Virus record (IMG/VR): IMGVR_UViG_3300042327_001345
Location: 1-55,621 of that record
DNA: 55,621 nucleotides
Origin: a virus
Lineage: Duplodnaviria; Caudoviricetes
Reading direction: 5' to 3' (one strand)
Part shown: in pieces, positions 35,474 to 44,711 of the stretch
How positions within the stretch are numbered: the stretch's first letter is position 1
Layout: the number at the start of each line of letters is the position of its first letter
Notes under the pieces: generated by a model
What the model was told of the DNA's origin: nothing
Database searches by the model: none
Seen by the model: only the letters and a program-made list of their open reading frames with translations
Translations under genes and position numbers: made by a program

Positions 35474-37467
35474 TGGCCGACAAAATCTTTTCGTTAGACA
35501 CAAAGCCGGGAATACAAAGAGACGGAACAATCTTTGACCACGATTTTTATGTCAACGGACAATGGGTTAGGTTCCAACGAGGTCGGCCTCGCAAGATCGG
35601 AGGCTACCGGCAAATAACTGCCGATCTGGCCGGGCCTTCACGCGGCTTGTTTGTTGAGCCAAACAACGGATTTAATACCATCTACAGCGGGTACGCTGAC
35701 GGCTTGCAATCAATCACAATTGACCAAGCTGGTATTGGATCCGGTGTCGTGGACTTCACGCTTTCTGGCTTTACCTCGAACCCAAACAACTTGTGGCAAT
35801 TCGAAGCAACTTTTGATGCAGACGGCACAGGTGCCGAAAACATTATCGCCCACCCGGGACAAAACTTAGGCACAATTGACAACACGGTCAACACGCGTGT
35901 TTTGTTTGGCTCCACAACTGGATCAAGTGTTGCGCCTGTTGGAGTCTTTACGCTGTCAGCCACAACAAATGCAACCACGACTATCACGGTGGCCTCAACG
36001 GCCCTGATTGGCGTTGGGCAATCAATCACGGGATCCAATATCCCGGCTTTAACAACAGTGGTTTCCATCACAAACGCGACGACGTTTGTTATCTCAAACG
36101 CCGCCACATCTTCGGCAACTGTGACTATCACCATAGACAACAACGTCTCAGTGTCTGGCGGCATAGTGATGCTCTACCCATACCTGTTCACGTATGGGAA
36201 TTTTGGCCTGATCAAAAACTCTGGCCCCGCCAATTTAAACGATTGGGTGTCGCCAACGGCGAACGAGGTAAACATCACGGCCACAAAAATTGTCAAGGGT
36301 TTGCCAGTGCGCGGTGGTTCAGCCGCGCCATCAGGATTGTTTTGGTCTTTGGATTCATTGATCAGGGTTAGCTTTACACCAACAACAACTACATCTGGCA
36401 GTACAAGCTCAACGTTTTTTTGGCGCTATGACGTAATCTCATCGCAGTCATCCATCATGTCTTCGCAGTCGGTGATTGAGTATGACGGCGTGTACTACTG
36501 GTGTGGCGTTGATCGTTTCCTGTTGTACAACGGAACGGTCATGGAGATCCCAAACACATTTAATCAAAACTACTTCTTCGACAACCTAAATTACAACCAG
36601 CGTCAAAAGGTTTACGCCATGAAGGTTCCTCGGTATGGGGAAATTTGGTGGTTTTACCCACGCGGTCAAGCAACAGAATGCACCGACGCTATTATTTACA
36701 ACACGCGAGAAAAATGCTGGTACGACGCAGGCCAAGCCGTTGGAGCGCGTAGAAGCGCCGGATACTTCTCTCAGGTTTTCCCCTATCCGGTTAACGCGGG
36801 CTATGAACCAACCGCTGTTGGAGGTGTGTCAACCGCAACAATCACCAACGGTGGAACGCTTTACACAAACGGCTCGTACCCATCTATTGCATTGACTGGC
36901 GGATCAGGAACAGGCGCAAGCGCAAACTTCGTTGTCTCCGGCGGAATAGTTACTGGCATCTCCATTTATGCTCGCGGTATAAATTACGAAGCTCTGGACG
37001 TATTGAGCGCAACATTGCCGGGCGGTAGCGGCCTGACCGTCCGAGTAGATACGCTGATGACTTTCACAAGCCTTTGGCAACATGAGATTGGTGTGGATAG
37101 CATCACGAACACTCAAATTGCCGCTATTGAAAGTTTCTTCGAGACTGGCGACCTTGGATGGGTGGCTGGCGGGCCTAACGAAAATTCATTGGTTGGCCTG
37201 AACAGGTGGCTAAGAATTGAAAGGCTTGAGCCAGATTTCATTCAAACCGGAGACATGCAATTGACGGTAACTGGACGACCTTATGCGCAAGGTCAAGATG
37301 TAGTTTCTCCGGTATTTACCTTTTCACCCACAACTGGAAAGATTGACATGAAAGAACAACGGCGCGAATTGCGTTTGCGTTTTGTGTCAAACGTCGCTGG
37401 CGGTAATTATCAGCTTGGCCGCGTTTTGGTCAGCGCAACCATAGGAGATGTACGTGGCTACGAGTAA
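35473..37467 (+). CDS. Tail tubular protein B or P22 gp10-like stabilisation (nozzle) protein
   Basis: KPGIQRDGT, WVRFQRGRPRKIGGY, YYWCG.DRF..YNG, EIWWFYP, LERLEPDF-like motif; two inserted beta modules. Confidence 0.65.
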   Translation: MADKIFSLDTKPGIQRDGTIFDHDFYVNGQWVRFQRGRPRKIGGYRQITADLAGPSRGLFVEPNNGFNTIYSGYADGLQSITIDQAGIGSGVVDFTLSGFTSNPNNLWQFEATFDADGTGAENIIAHPGQNLGTIDNTVNTRVLFGSTTGSSVAPVGVFTLSATTNATTTITVASTALIGVGQSITGSNIPALTTVVSITNATTFVISNAATSSATVTITIDNNVSVSGGIVMLYPYLFTYGNFGLIKNSGPANLNDWVSPTANEVNITATKIVKGLPVRGGSAAPSGLFWSLDSLIRVSFTPTTTTSGSTSSTFFWRYDVISSQSSIMSSQSVIEYDGVYYWCGVDRFLLYNGTVMEIPNTFNQNYFFDNLNYNQRQKVYAMKVPRYGEIWWFYPRGQATECTDAIIYNTREKCWYDAGQAVGARRSAGYFSQVFPYPVNAGYEPTAVGGVSTATITNGGTLYTNGSYPSIALTGGSGTGASANFVVSGGIVTGISIYARGINYEALDVLSATLPGGSGLTVRVDTLMTFTSLWQHEIGVDSITNTQIAAIESFFETGDLGWVAGGPNENSLVGLNRWLRIERLEPDFIQTGDMQLTVTGRPYAQGQDVVSPVFTFSPTTGKIDMKEQRRELRLRFVSNVAGGNYQLGRVLVSATIGDVRGYE

Positions 37468-37714
37468 TGTACCTCCGTTGGTTTATGACCCCAGATACCA
37501 CACGTTCAATTCGTGGGCTAGCCTGATGTGCGAGCTATACGCTGATCAGCAACTGACAATACCCAGCGATTCAATCGACTGGAAAGCTTGGGGTAGTGCG
37601 TTAAAAGGCATTGACAGCTTTGCAAGAGAAGCGGTGCCAGACCCCGCTTTGTTTGATGACTGGTCTGATTGGGCCACTGTATTAGTGGGGGCGGTTAACC
37701 CGGCACGCGCATGA
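37448..37714 (+). CDS. Hypothetical Trp-rich protein
   Basis: Coupled ORF; AGGAG RBS suggests GTG 37454 as alternative start. Confidence 0.65.
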   Translation: MYVATSNVPPLVYDPRYHTFNSWASLMCELYADQQLTIPSDSIDWKAWGSALKGIDSFAREAVPDPALFDDWSDWATVLVGAVNPARA

Positions 37715-38127
37715 AACAAGAAACAACACAAAACATTATCAAGCGCTCGAAATCTACCAAGCTTTTGGCAGAAGAGTGGGAACACGTCTACATTGACATC
37801 TACAGAAAACTCAACGAAACAAAAGAGTGGCGATCACTTCGTGCAAACAACACAATTTTCATCTTCAAAAAGGTGGACAAAATTGCCGCAGGTTACGTCT
37901 TCACTGTAGACCCGCCTTTGTTGCAGGGCAAGAATTTTGTTGAGTTTGCAAAATCTTTAGGCAAGGCTGGCTTCGAGCATTTTTCAACTTACGTCAACAA
38001 CCCGATTCCGTTGAAATTTGTGCAAGACGCTGGCTACGAGGTAGAGATTGGAGAAATCATCGGCGACGACGAATTTGCTGAGGTTGCAATAAGCACGACC
38101 CCGGCCCAAGGAGAGCCTCGTGAGTAA
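37711..38127 (+). CDS. Hypothetical protein preceding ejection genes
   Basis: ATGA overlap; 138 aa. Confidence 0.65.
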   Translation: MKQETTQNIIKRSKSTKLLAEEWEHVYIDIYRKLNETKEWRSLRANNTIFIFKKVDKIAAGYVFTVDPPLLQGKNFVEFAKSLGKAGFEHFSTYVNNPIPLKFVQDAGYEVEIGEIIGDDEFAEVAISTTPAQGEPRE

Positions 38128-40747
38128 GTTTTTCAGAGCCCTTGGGCAAACAATCCAAAACCCCGGTCGTATTTTTTCAAATCCAATTGGCGTTTTGCGT
38201 GACGTTGGCGGCGGTCTCATCAAAGATATTTTTGGGGTTGCAAAAGACGTTGGATCATTTACTGGCAACGTTGCTAAAAAAATTGTTGTAGGCACTGGGA
38301 AGGCAATCAAGGCCACCGCCACAACTGTTTACAACACGGCAAAGGCAATCCTAAAAAATCCTTTGCCCACAATTTTGACCATCGGCCTAAGCGCTGTTGG
38401 GGTTCCGTATCCGATTGCAAGTGCGGCTGTATCTGTGTTGAATGGCGGCGACTGGAAAGAGGCCGCAATTAATTTGGCCATGTCGTACGTTGGAGCGCCA
38501 GCCACAAACAAAGAGCTATACAAGCAAGTTTTGATTAGCGCATCAGTTCCTGCTGGCATGGTGGCTCTTAAAGGTGGCACAGCAAAACAAATTCAAGATG
38601 CCGCTATTGCTGGCGCGGTGACAGGATACGTGACAGGCACGCTCACCAAATCAGTAGCCAACGGCGGTTATGGCTTCAAGCCGGGCGAATTAGATACAAA
38701 GATGATTCAGAACGCTACCACCGCGGCTACGCGAGCAATTCTGAATGGCAAAGACATTGGCGAAGCGGTTGTTAATTCAGCCGCTGTAACAGCTTCTGCG
38801 CATTACGTAGCTTCGTTTGCAAACAACCTGACAAAAAATTCTGAGACTTTGCAAGCAACACAAAAATTTATCGACGAGTCAAAAGCAAAGCTTCAAGATG
38901 TGCTCGGCATCACAAGAGAAAAAGAAAAAGCTGTAAACGACAAGGCGAACAAAGCAAAACAATCGGGCGAGGAATATAACAAGTCGGTTGAAACGGCAAA
39001 CAGGATAGCTAAAGGAACCACGGACACGACCGGCATGAGTGATCGGGAATTGAATTTGGTGAACAATATCATGACCACCAATCCCGACAAAGCTCGCGAA
39101 AAATATGAAAACGACAAGTTGGAATATTTGAAAGAATACAACGACTACAGCAAGTTTGTGAATGAGACGTACAACCCGGCAAAAGAAGATTACGAGTCTC
39201 ACGTTCTGGAATACAACCAACAACTGAAAAACCAAGACGTTTTTGCCGACGCTTACGCAACCCACGTTGACCTGTACGAAAAGGCTGTCAAAGATTCGTT
39301 CGATGAATTTCAAGACGCTATATTGAAGCAGGCCGAGTTGGACTTGGCCAAGCAAGCGCCCACGGAAGCGGAGCGTTTACGCAGGGACAAGGAAGCCTTT
39401 GATGCGCAATTGCCTAAAGCGCCGCCTACAACTGCGCCTTCCGGCGAACCCGCTGTTAACAACACCAGTTCGAGCTACAACCAAACAAGCTCAAGCTCAA
39501 CACCGCCAGATCCGTCAAACCCCATTCCAGACACTGGGTCGTCGTCTTATACCGGGCCAATCACAAATCCGGATTTTGGCCAGAACGTCATGCCCAAGGT
39601 TGACACTTCGCCAAAAGCCCCGCCCCCGCCAAAACAAACGGACGTTGGCAAATACTTGACCGATACGGCCACAAAATCCACGGTAAAAGCGGTGAGCGAA
39701 GAATTGAACCCGCCGCCACCGCGGCCAGACATGCCCCCGCCACCTCCTCGGCCAGATATGCCTCCGCCGCCTCCACGGCCTACGCCTCCCCCTGCGCCGC
39801 CCAAGCCACCTGCGCCACCTAAGAGTCCGCTTGATCCGGACAACATTCCTGACCAGCCTAAACCACCGGCAATCAAACCGCCGCCACCACCACCGCCAGA
39901 AATCAAGCCGCCGCCACCCCCGCCGACTCCGCCAAGACAGCCGGGTGACGCAATCAATCTGATGGATCCCAAGTCAAAATTGACTTCCGAAGAGGTGATG
40001 ATTAAGCCGCCTCCCGCGCCACCTACGCCGCCCCGCAAACCGGGCGACGCGCTTAACATTTCCGATCCAAAGGCCAAACTCACCTCGGAAGAGGTGATGA
40101 TTAAGCCTCCGCCACCACCGCCACCACCACCACGTAAACCGGGTGATGCTTTTAATGTGCGGGATCCAAATGCGAAATTGACTTCGGAAGAAGTCATGAT
40201 CAAGCCCCCTCCGCCACCGCCACCCCCGCCTCGCAAGACGGGTGAGGCAATTAATTTGGCCGATCCAAACGCCAAGCTGACGGCGGAAGAGATCATGATC
40301 AAACCGATTGCACCGCCGCCTCCGCCTAATTTGACAAGCAAGGTTGTTGATCCAATCAAAGATCCATACAACATTCCTGCTGAAATCAAAGCGCCGCCAC
40401 CAGCACCCAAACAGCCGGGTGATGTGGGCTATTCACCGCCTGTTGCGCCGCCTCCAACGTCTGTTCTGGATGCCAACTTGACCAGCACCACAACAGCCCC
40501 GCCAACAGTGGCTGAGCAACAAAAAACTTTTGCCGATGCGCAAAAAGTTGTGGCCAAATACACGCCGCCGAAGCCAACAACAAACGTGATGGGCGTGAGG
40601 ACACCGCCGCCTCCACCGCCTCCACTGACTTCAGCACAAAGAACCCAGTTGACTTTGGCGCAAAACGCCCGCAAGGTAGATTCCCGTGGGAACCCTATCA
40701 AACCTATGGGCTTCGATGCAACAGGCAACCCAATTTACGCGACATAA
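38120..40747 (+). CDS. Putative ejection or internal virion protein: hydrophobic Ala/Gly N-terminus, coiled coil, polyproline repeats
   Basis: AAGGAG RBS, GTG start; position between tail genes and SLT gene. Confidence 0.7.
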   Translation: MSKFFRALGQTIQNPGRIFSNPIGVLRDVGGGLIKDIFGVAKDVGSFTGNVAKKIVVGTGKAIKATATTVYNTAKAILKNPLPTILTIGLSAVGVPYPIASAAVSVLNGGDWKEAAINLAMSYVGAPATNKELYKQVLISASVPAGMVALKGGTAKQIQDAAIAGAVTGYVTGTLTKSVANGGYGFKPGELDTKMIQNATTAATRAILNGKDIGEAVVNSAAVTASAHYVASFANNLTKNSETLQATQKFIDESKAKLQDVLGITREKEKAVNDKANKAKQSGEEYNKSVETANRIAKGTTDTTGMSDRELNLVNNIMTTNPDKAREKYENDKLEYLKEYNDYSKFVNETYNPAKEDYESHVLEYNQQLKNQDVFADAYATHVDLYEKAVKDSFDEFQDAILKQAELDLAKQAPTEAERLRRDKEAFDAQLPKAPPTTAPSGEPAVNNTSSSYNQTSSSSTPPDPSNPIPDTGSSSYTGPITNPDFGQNVMPKVDTSPKAPPPPKQTDVGKYLTDTATKSTVKAVSEELNPPPPRPDMPPPPPRPDMPPPPPRPTPPPAPPKPPAPPKSPLDPDNIPDQPKPPAIKPPPPPPPEIKPPPPPPTPPRQPGDAINLMDPKSKLTSEEVMIKPPPAPPTPPRKPGDALNISDPKAKLTSEEVMIKPPPPPPPPPRKPGDAFNVRDPNAKLTSEEVMIKPPPPPPPPPRKTGEAINLADPNAKLTAEEIMIKPIAPPPPPNLTSKVVDPIKDPYNIPAEIKAPPPAPKQPGDVGYSPPVAPPPTSVLDANLTSTTTAPPTVAEQQKTFADAQKVVAKYTPPKPTTNVMGVRTPPPPPPPLTSAQRTQLTLAQNARKVDSRGNPIKPMGFDATGNPIYAT
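39902..40306 (+). repeat. Four 99-bp (33-aa) tandem repeats IKP(n)RKPGDAxNxxDPxAKLTSEEVM
   Basis: Units start 39902, 40001, 40100, 40199; partial fifth at 40298. Confidence 0.92.
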
Positions 40748-40756
40748 GGGGCAAAA

Positions 40757-43738
40757 ATGGCCAACCCAAAACTTACAAAAAAACGAAGCACGCTCTATTT
40801 GCAAAAGAAGCCAGCAAAAACTACGGCTTTGCAAGATTTTTTGCCAACGCAAAACACGGGCACTTCTTCGCTGACTTCGGTGGTTGGCACTGACACATCC
40901 AGCGGAAACATGGTTGGCCCAAGCGGCGGCTCATCGACAAGCACGACATCCGGCAAATCAGACAGCACAGTTAGCGACCTGATCAAGGCAGGCTTGGTGA
41001 CTGCTGGTGGGGCGTATTTGGTTGATAAGGTGCTGGACGAAATCAACAAGCCCACAACACCAACCACCCCTACCACCCCAACGGCTCCAAAGACTCCGAC
41101 GACTCCGCCTACTTCTATCGTAATACCGCCCAAAACGCCCGTGACGGATCCCGACAGCCCTGATTTCGTGGGGCCAAAAATTCCCGTCAACAACGAGTCA
41201 TCAGGCTACTACAAGCCGCCTGTCACAGATCCGGACGATCCAGCTTTTATGGGGCCAAAAGTACCTGTAAACAATGAATCTTCTGGTTATTACAAGCCGC
41301 CAGTAATTCCTGTAAATAACGAGTCGTCCGGTTACTACAAGCCACCGGTCACCAATCCAGACGACCCTGACTTCATGGGGCCTTCATTGCCTGTGAATAA
41401 TGAAAGCTCTGATTATTCAGCGCCCCCGGTCAACAACGAAAGCTCCGGCTATTACACGCCGCCAAACAATGAGTCTTCAGGCTATTACACCCCGCCTGTA
41501 AGCCCCCTGTCACCGACAGAGCCGCCGGTCAATAACGAGACTTCGAGCTATACCCAACCGCCCGTGAGTCCATTAACACCAACTGAGCCGCCGCCTAACA
41601 ACGAAAGCTCAAGCTACTACACAAGCCCAGCGCCGGTGACTACGCCAGTTGCGCCGCCAACGACTACGCCATCTTCGCCGCTGTCGCCGGTAAATTTGAC
41701 ACCCACTCCAACACCCACGCCAGAAGTGCCTGTGAACAACGAGAGTTCGGGCTACTACACGCCTCCGGCAAGCCCGCTGTCGCCCACACCAGAGACACCC
41801 GTTAACAACGAGTCTTCCAGCTACACGCCGACACCCGCACCAACGCCCGCACCATCTCCCGTCGATGATGCGATGGCGGCAAAGGCCGCGCTGTACGGCA
41901 TGAGCCTTGATGAATACAAGTCATACGTGGACTATTACGGCGAAGAATATTTGGATAACTATTACGCTGGTGTATACGATGAAACGCCGGTCAACAATGA
42001 GTCGTCCAGCTACACGGATCCATCCACAACGCCGCCAAAAACCGTAGCCGAAGAATATGGCATGACGGAAGAAGAATACGCGGCCTACGAAGAAGAGTAC
42101 TACAGACAATATTACGAAGACTATTACAAAAATTACTACGACACCACGCCTGTAAACAATGACTCATCCGATTACACAAATTACGAACCGCCAGTCAACA
42201 ACGAAAGTTCTGGCTACACACAAGAGCAGGCCGACTACGATGCGCAGGTTGCCGAGTACAACCGCTATTTGGAAGAGCAAGCCGCCTATGAAAAATACTT
42301 AGACGAGCAAGCCGCTTACGACCAGTACCTTAAAGAGCAAGCTGAATACGATCAGTACTTGGCTGACCAAGCCGCGTACCAACAGTATTTGGAAGACCAA
42401 GCCGCTTATCAAGAGTATTTAGACCAACAGGCCGCGTACGACCAATACTTGGCTGACTTGGCCGAATACACAAACTCGTCCGGTTACTACAATAACAACT
42501 ACGACGCGAACAATGACACGTCAAGTTACACCGATTCTTATGTGAACAACAGCAGTTCAGGTTATTACAAAAAAGGCGGGAGCATCAAGATGAAAAACGG
42601 TGGTTTACCAAGATTTGAAGAAGGCGGCACTACCGACTACGACAGAAATTATTACAACGAATCTTCCAGCTACTACGTGCCTGATGATGCGTACAACACA
42701 ACTTCCAGCTACTACACCGAGCCGGACGTGAACAACACATCGTCAGGTTACTACGACAGCACGCCAGTCAATAACGATCAATCAAGCTACTACACCGATT
42801 CGGATGTAAACAACACCTCATCTGGTTATTACGACAACACACCCGTGAACAATGACACGTCGGGCTATTACAACAATGAACCTGTGAACAATACCAGTTC
42901 CAATTACAACCAACAAAGTCCGGCGTACACCGCTCCGAATCCAGCGAATCCAATACCGATCAACGCCCCCACAAGCGCACCAGCCACGCCAAAATCTGGC
43001 GATAACTTATTCAGCAATTTCACATCAACAGACGCATTGAAAACCGGGCTTGGCTTAACCGCGCTTTATCAGCTTATCAAGGCGTATGAAGGCAAAGACG
43101 ACATAAAAAACAACGCAACTATGCCCGCGTTTCAATCACCCGCAAGCCGAACCACTCCTTTTGGCATGGGTGCGGCTAGATCTGTGGCTACGGGCAATAT
43201 CCCTTACCAGTTCCCGGGCGCAATGGACAAGCAAAACCTGTATTCAAATCTGGGCGTGCCGGGCTATGAGCAGGACTACGAAGATCCCGTAGAGCCAATG
43301 GAGGGTATGGCCGCAGGCGGTATGGCATCCAATCCGGACGACATGCCGTATTTCACCTACGGCAAGCCAACAGACCCCATGTCGATCATGGGCATGACCG
43401 CCCCGGTCAACAAAATGGCCAAAGGCGGCCTGCCTCGCGCTGAGCAAAAGCTTCCCCCAATGGTCGAAGGCCGGTATGATTACAGGCAGAGCCGGGCCGT
43501 TGTTGGTGAGGGCGATGGCCAAAGCGACGATATCCCAGCCATGCTGGCCGACGGCGAGTATGTTTTTGATGCCGATGTCGTTGCCGCCTTGGGTAACGGA
43601 TCCAACAAAGCTGGTGCAGAAATTTTGGACGAGTTTCGCGAAAAAATACGCGCTCACAAAAGGTCAGCGCCTATTGATGAAATTCCACCAAAAGCCAAAT
43701 CGCCTTTGGCATACATGAAGGAGGTGTCTCGTGGCTGA
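40757..43738 (+). CDS. Putative ejection protein with about 23 VNNESSGYY-type repeats, Tyr decad repeat, five xxxGG tags and C-terminal SDDIPAMLADGEYV domain
   Basis: Direct translation; position in ejection cluster. Confidence 0.75.
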   Translation: MANPKLTKKRSTLYLQKKPAKTTALQDFLPTQNTGTSSLTSVVGTDTSSGNMVGPSGGSSTSTTSGKSDSTVSDLIKAGLVTAGGAYLVDKVLDEINKPTTPTTPTTPTAPKTPTTPPTSIVIPPKTPVTDPDSPDFVGPKIPVNNESSGYYKPPVTDPDDPAFMGPKVPVNNESSGYYKPPVIPVNNESSGYYKPPVTNPDDPDFMGPSLPVNNESSDYSAPPVNNESSGYYTPPNNESSGYYTPPVSPLSPTEPPVNNETSSYTQPPVSPLTPTEPPPNNESSSYYTSPAPVTTPVAPPTTTPSSPLSPVNLTPTPTPTPEVPVNNESSGYYTPPASPLSPTPETPVNNESSSYTPTPAPTPAPSPVDDAMAAKAALYGMSLDEYKSYVDYYGEEYLDNYYAGVYDETPVNNESSSYTDPSTTPPKTVAEEYGMTEEEYAAYEEEYYRQYYEDYYKNYYDTTPVNNDSSDYTNYEPPVNNESSGYTQEQADYDAQVAEYNRYLEEQAAYEKYLDEQAAYDQYLKEQAEYDQYLADQAAYQQYLEDQAAYQEYLDQQAAYDQYLADLAEYTNSSGYYNNNYDANNDTSSYTDSYVNNSSSGYYKKGGSIKMKNGGLPRFEEGGTTDYDRNYYNESSSYYVPDDAYNTTSSYYTEPDVNNTSSGYYDSTPVNNDQSSYYTDSDVNNTSSGYYDNTPVNNDTSGYYNNEPVNNTSSNYNQQSPAYTAPNPANPIPINAPTSAPATPKSGDNLFSNFTSTDALKTGLGLTALYQLIKAYEGKDDIKNNATMPAFQSPASRTTPFGMGAARSVATGNIPYQFPGAMDKQNLYSNLGVPGYEQDYEDPVEPMEGMAAGGMASNPDDMPYFTYGKPTDPMSIMGMTAPVNKMAKGGLPRAEQKLPPMVEGRYDYRQSRAVVGEGDGQSDDIPAMLADGEYVFDADVVAALGNGSNKAGAEILDEFREKIRAHKRSAPIDEIPPKAKSPLAYMKEVSRG
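42257..42469 (+). repeat. About seven 30-bp (10-aa) repeats YxxYLxxQAA
   Basis: YNRYLEEQAA YEKYLDEQAA YDQYLKEQAE YDQYLADQAA YQQYLEDQAA YQEYLDQQAA YDQYLADLAE. Confidence 0.9.
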
Positions 43739-44705
43739 TTTATTCCAAGGTCAACCGTTACCAAGCCTGAAAACTCAGGAGCAAAAGCAAACCATTGCTC
43801 CTCAGTACCTGACGGACTACCAACAAGACATCATTAATTTGGGCAAAAACGCTGTGCAACAAGGCGGCGTTGCCGGTCTGTCACCGCTTACCCAGCAAGC
43901 CCTGAACATGGCTCCGCAAATGACGCAGGCGGGTGCTGGATCAACCGGAACCGCGCAAGATCTGTTGACGCAAAGCGGTTACACGGGCGCAAATCAAATC
44001 GTTCAGAACTACATGAACCCGTACACCAAAAACGTGGTTGATGAAATGTCTCGCTTGAGCCAGCGTGACGTGCGCGATAACGTAATGCCTATGTTTGACA
44101 CGGCCTCGATCGGGTCTGGCAACTTTGGCGGGTCAAGAGCGGGCATGATGAAAGGCCAAACACTGGCCGACATTCAGTCTGATCTGCTGGGTAAGCAATT
44201 CGGAGCGCTCAACACCGGCTACAACCAAGCCATGGGCTATGCGCAAGGCGACCTAAGTCGTGGAGTGCAGGCTGGTCAAGCGCTGAATCAAACAGCGCAA
44301 GTACAAAACCAAATTGGCTCCGGCGCGTTGAAGCAAATGGCGGATCTTGGCTCAATCGAGCAAAAGCAACAGCAAAATCAACTTGACTATCCAATGGCAC
44401 AGGCCAAGGATTTTGCAACGCTGATGCAGGGTCAGAATGTACCAACAGGATCTTCGCAAACAACAATTGCCCCGGGCGAAGCAAACAAATACGGATTGAG
44501 TCCTTTGGAGCAAATGGTTTCTTTGGCCGCGCTTTACAAATCGTTTACCGATCCAAATGCAAGCGTGCCTTTCATCTCGGACAAACTGCCAGCGAAAGCT
44601 CAAGGCGGTAGCGTTTTCCAAGATCAACAGATGATCCCTGAGGGGGCTGTTTTCTATGACGAAGATGGCAATTTTTATGACACTGAAGGCAACGTCTTGG
44701 GGTAA
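43731..44705 (+). CDS. Putative DNA-ejection (pilot) protein
   Basis: GGAGG RBS; Gln/Gly-rich, YMNPYT..VVD, GNFGGSR motifs; KAQGG tag near C-terminus. Confidence 0.7.
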   Translation: MADLFQGQPLPSLKTQEQKQTIAPQYLTDYQQDIINLGKNAVQQGGVAGLSPLTQQALNMAPQMTQAGAGSTGTAQDLLTQSGYTGANQIVQNYMNPYTKNVVDEMSRLSQRDVRDNVMPMFDTASIGSGNFGGSRAGMMKGQTLADIQSDLLGKQFGALNTGYNQAMGYAQGDLSRGVQAGQALNQTAQVQNQIGSGALKQMADLGSIEQKQQQNQLDYPMAQAKDFATLMQGQNVPTGSSQTTIAPGEANKYGLSPLEQMVSLAALYKSFTDPNASVPFISDKLPAKAQGGSVFQDQQMIPEGAVFYDEDGNFYDTEGNVLG

Positions 44706-44711
44706 TAAGTT

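Noticed and set aside
39547-40410. 287-aa Gly-rich minus-strand ORF (and similar ORFs at 40429, 40795)
   Set aside because: Simply the antisense mirror of the polyproline codons; no RBS or operon context
39902-42910. Repeat arrays considered as a CRISPR array or DGR template/variable repeats
   Set aside because: Repeats are in-frame, degenerate at synonymous sites and lack unique fixed-length spacers; no cas or reverse transcriptase gene was seen
41186-42910. RiPP precursor with repeated core peptides
   Set aside because: No radical SAM, YcaO, ATP-grasp, glycosyltransferase or transporter gene in the genome; kept only as a minor alternative in the VNNESS finding
38120-43738. Tape measure protein of a long-tailed phage
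   Set aside because: No major tail tube, tail assembly chaperone frameshift pair or baseplate genes were recognised; the layout (adaptor, nozzle, several internal proteins, SLT) is podovirus-like
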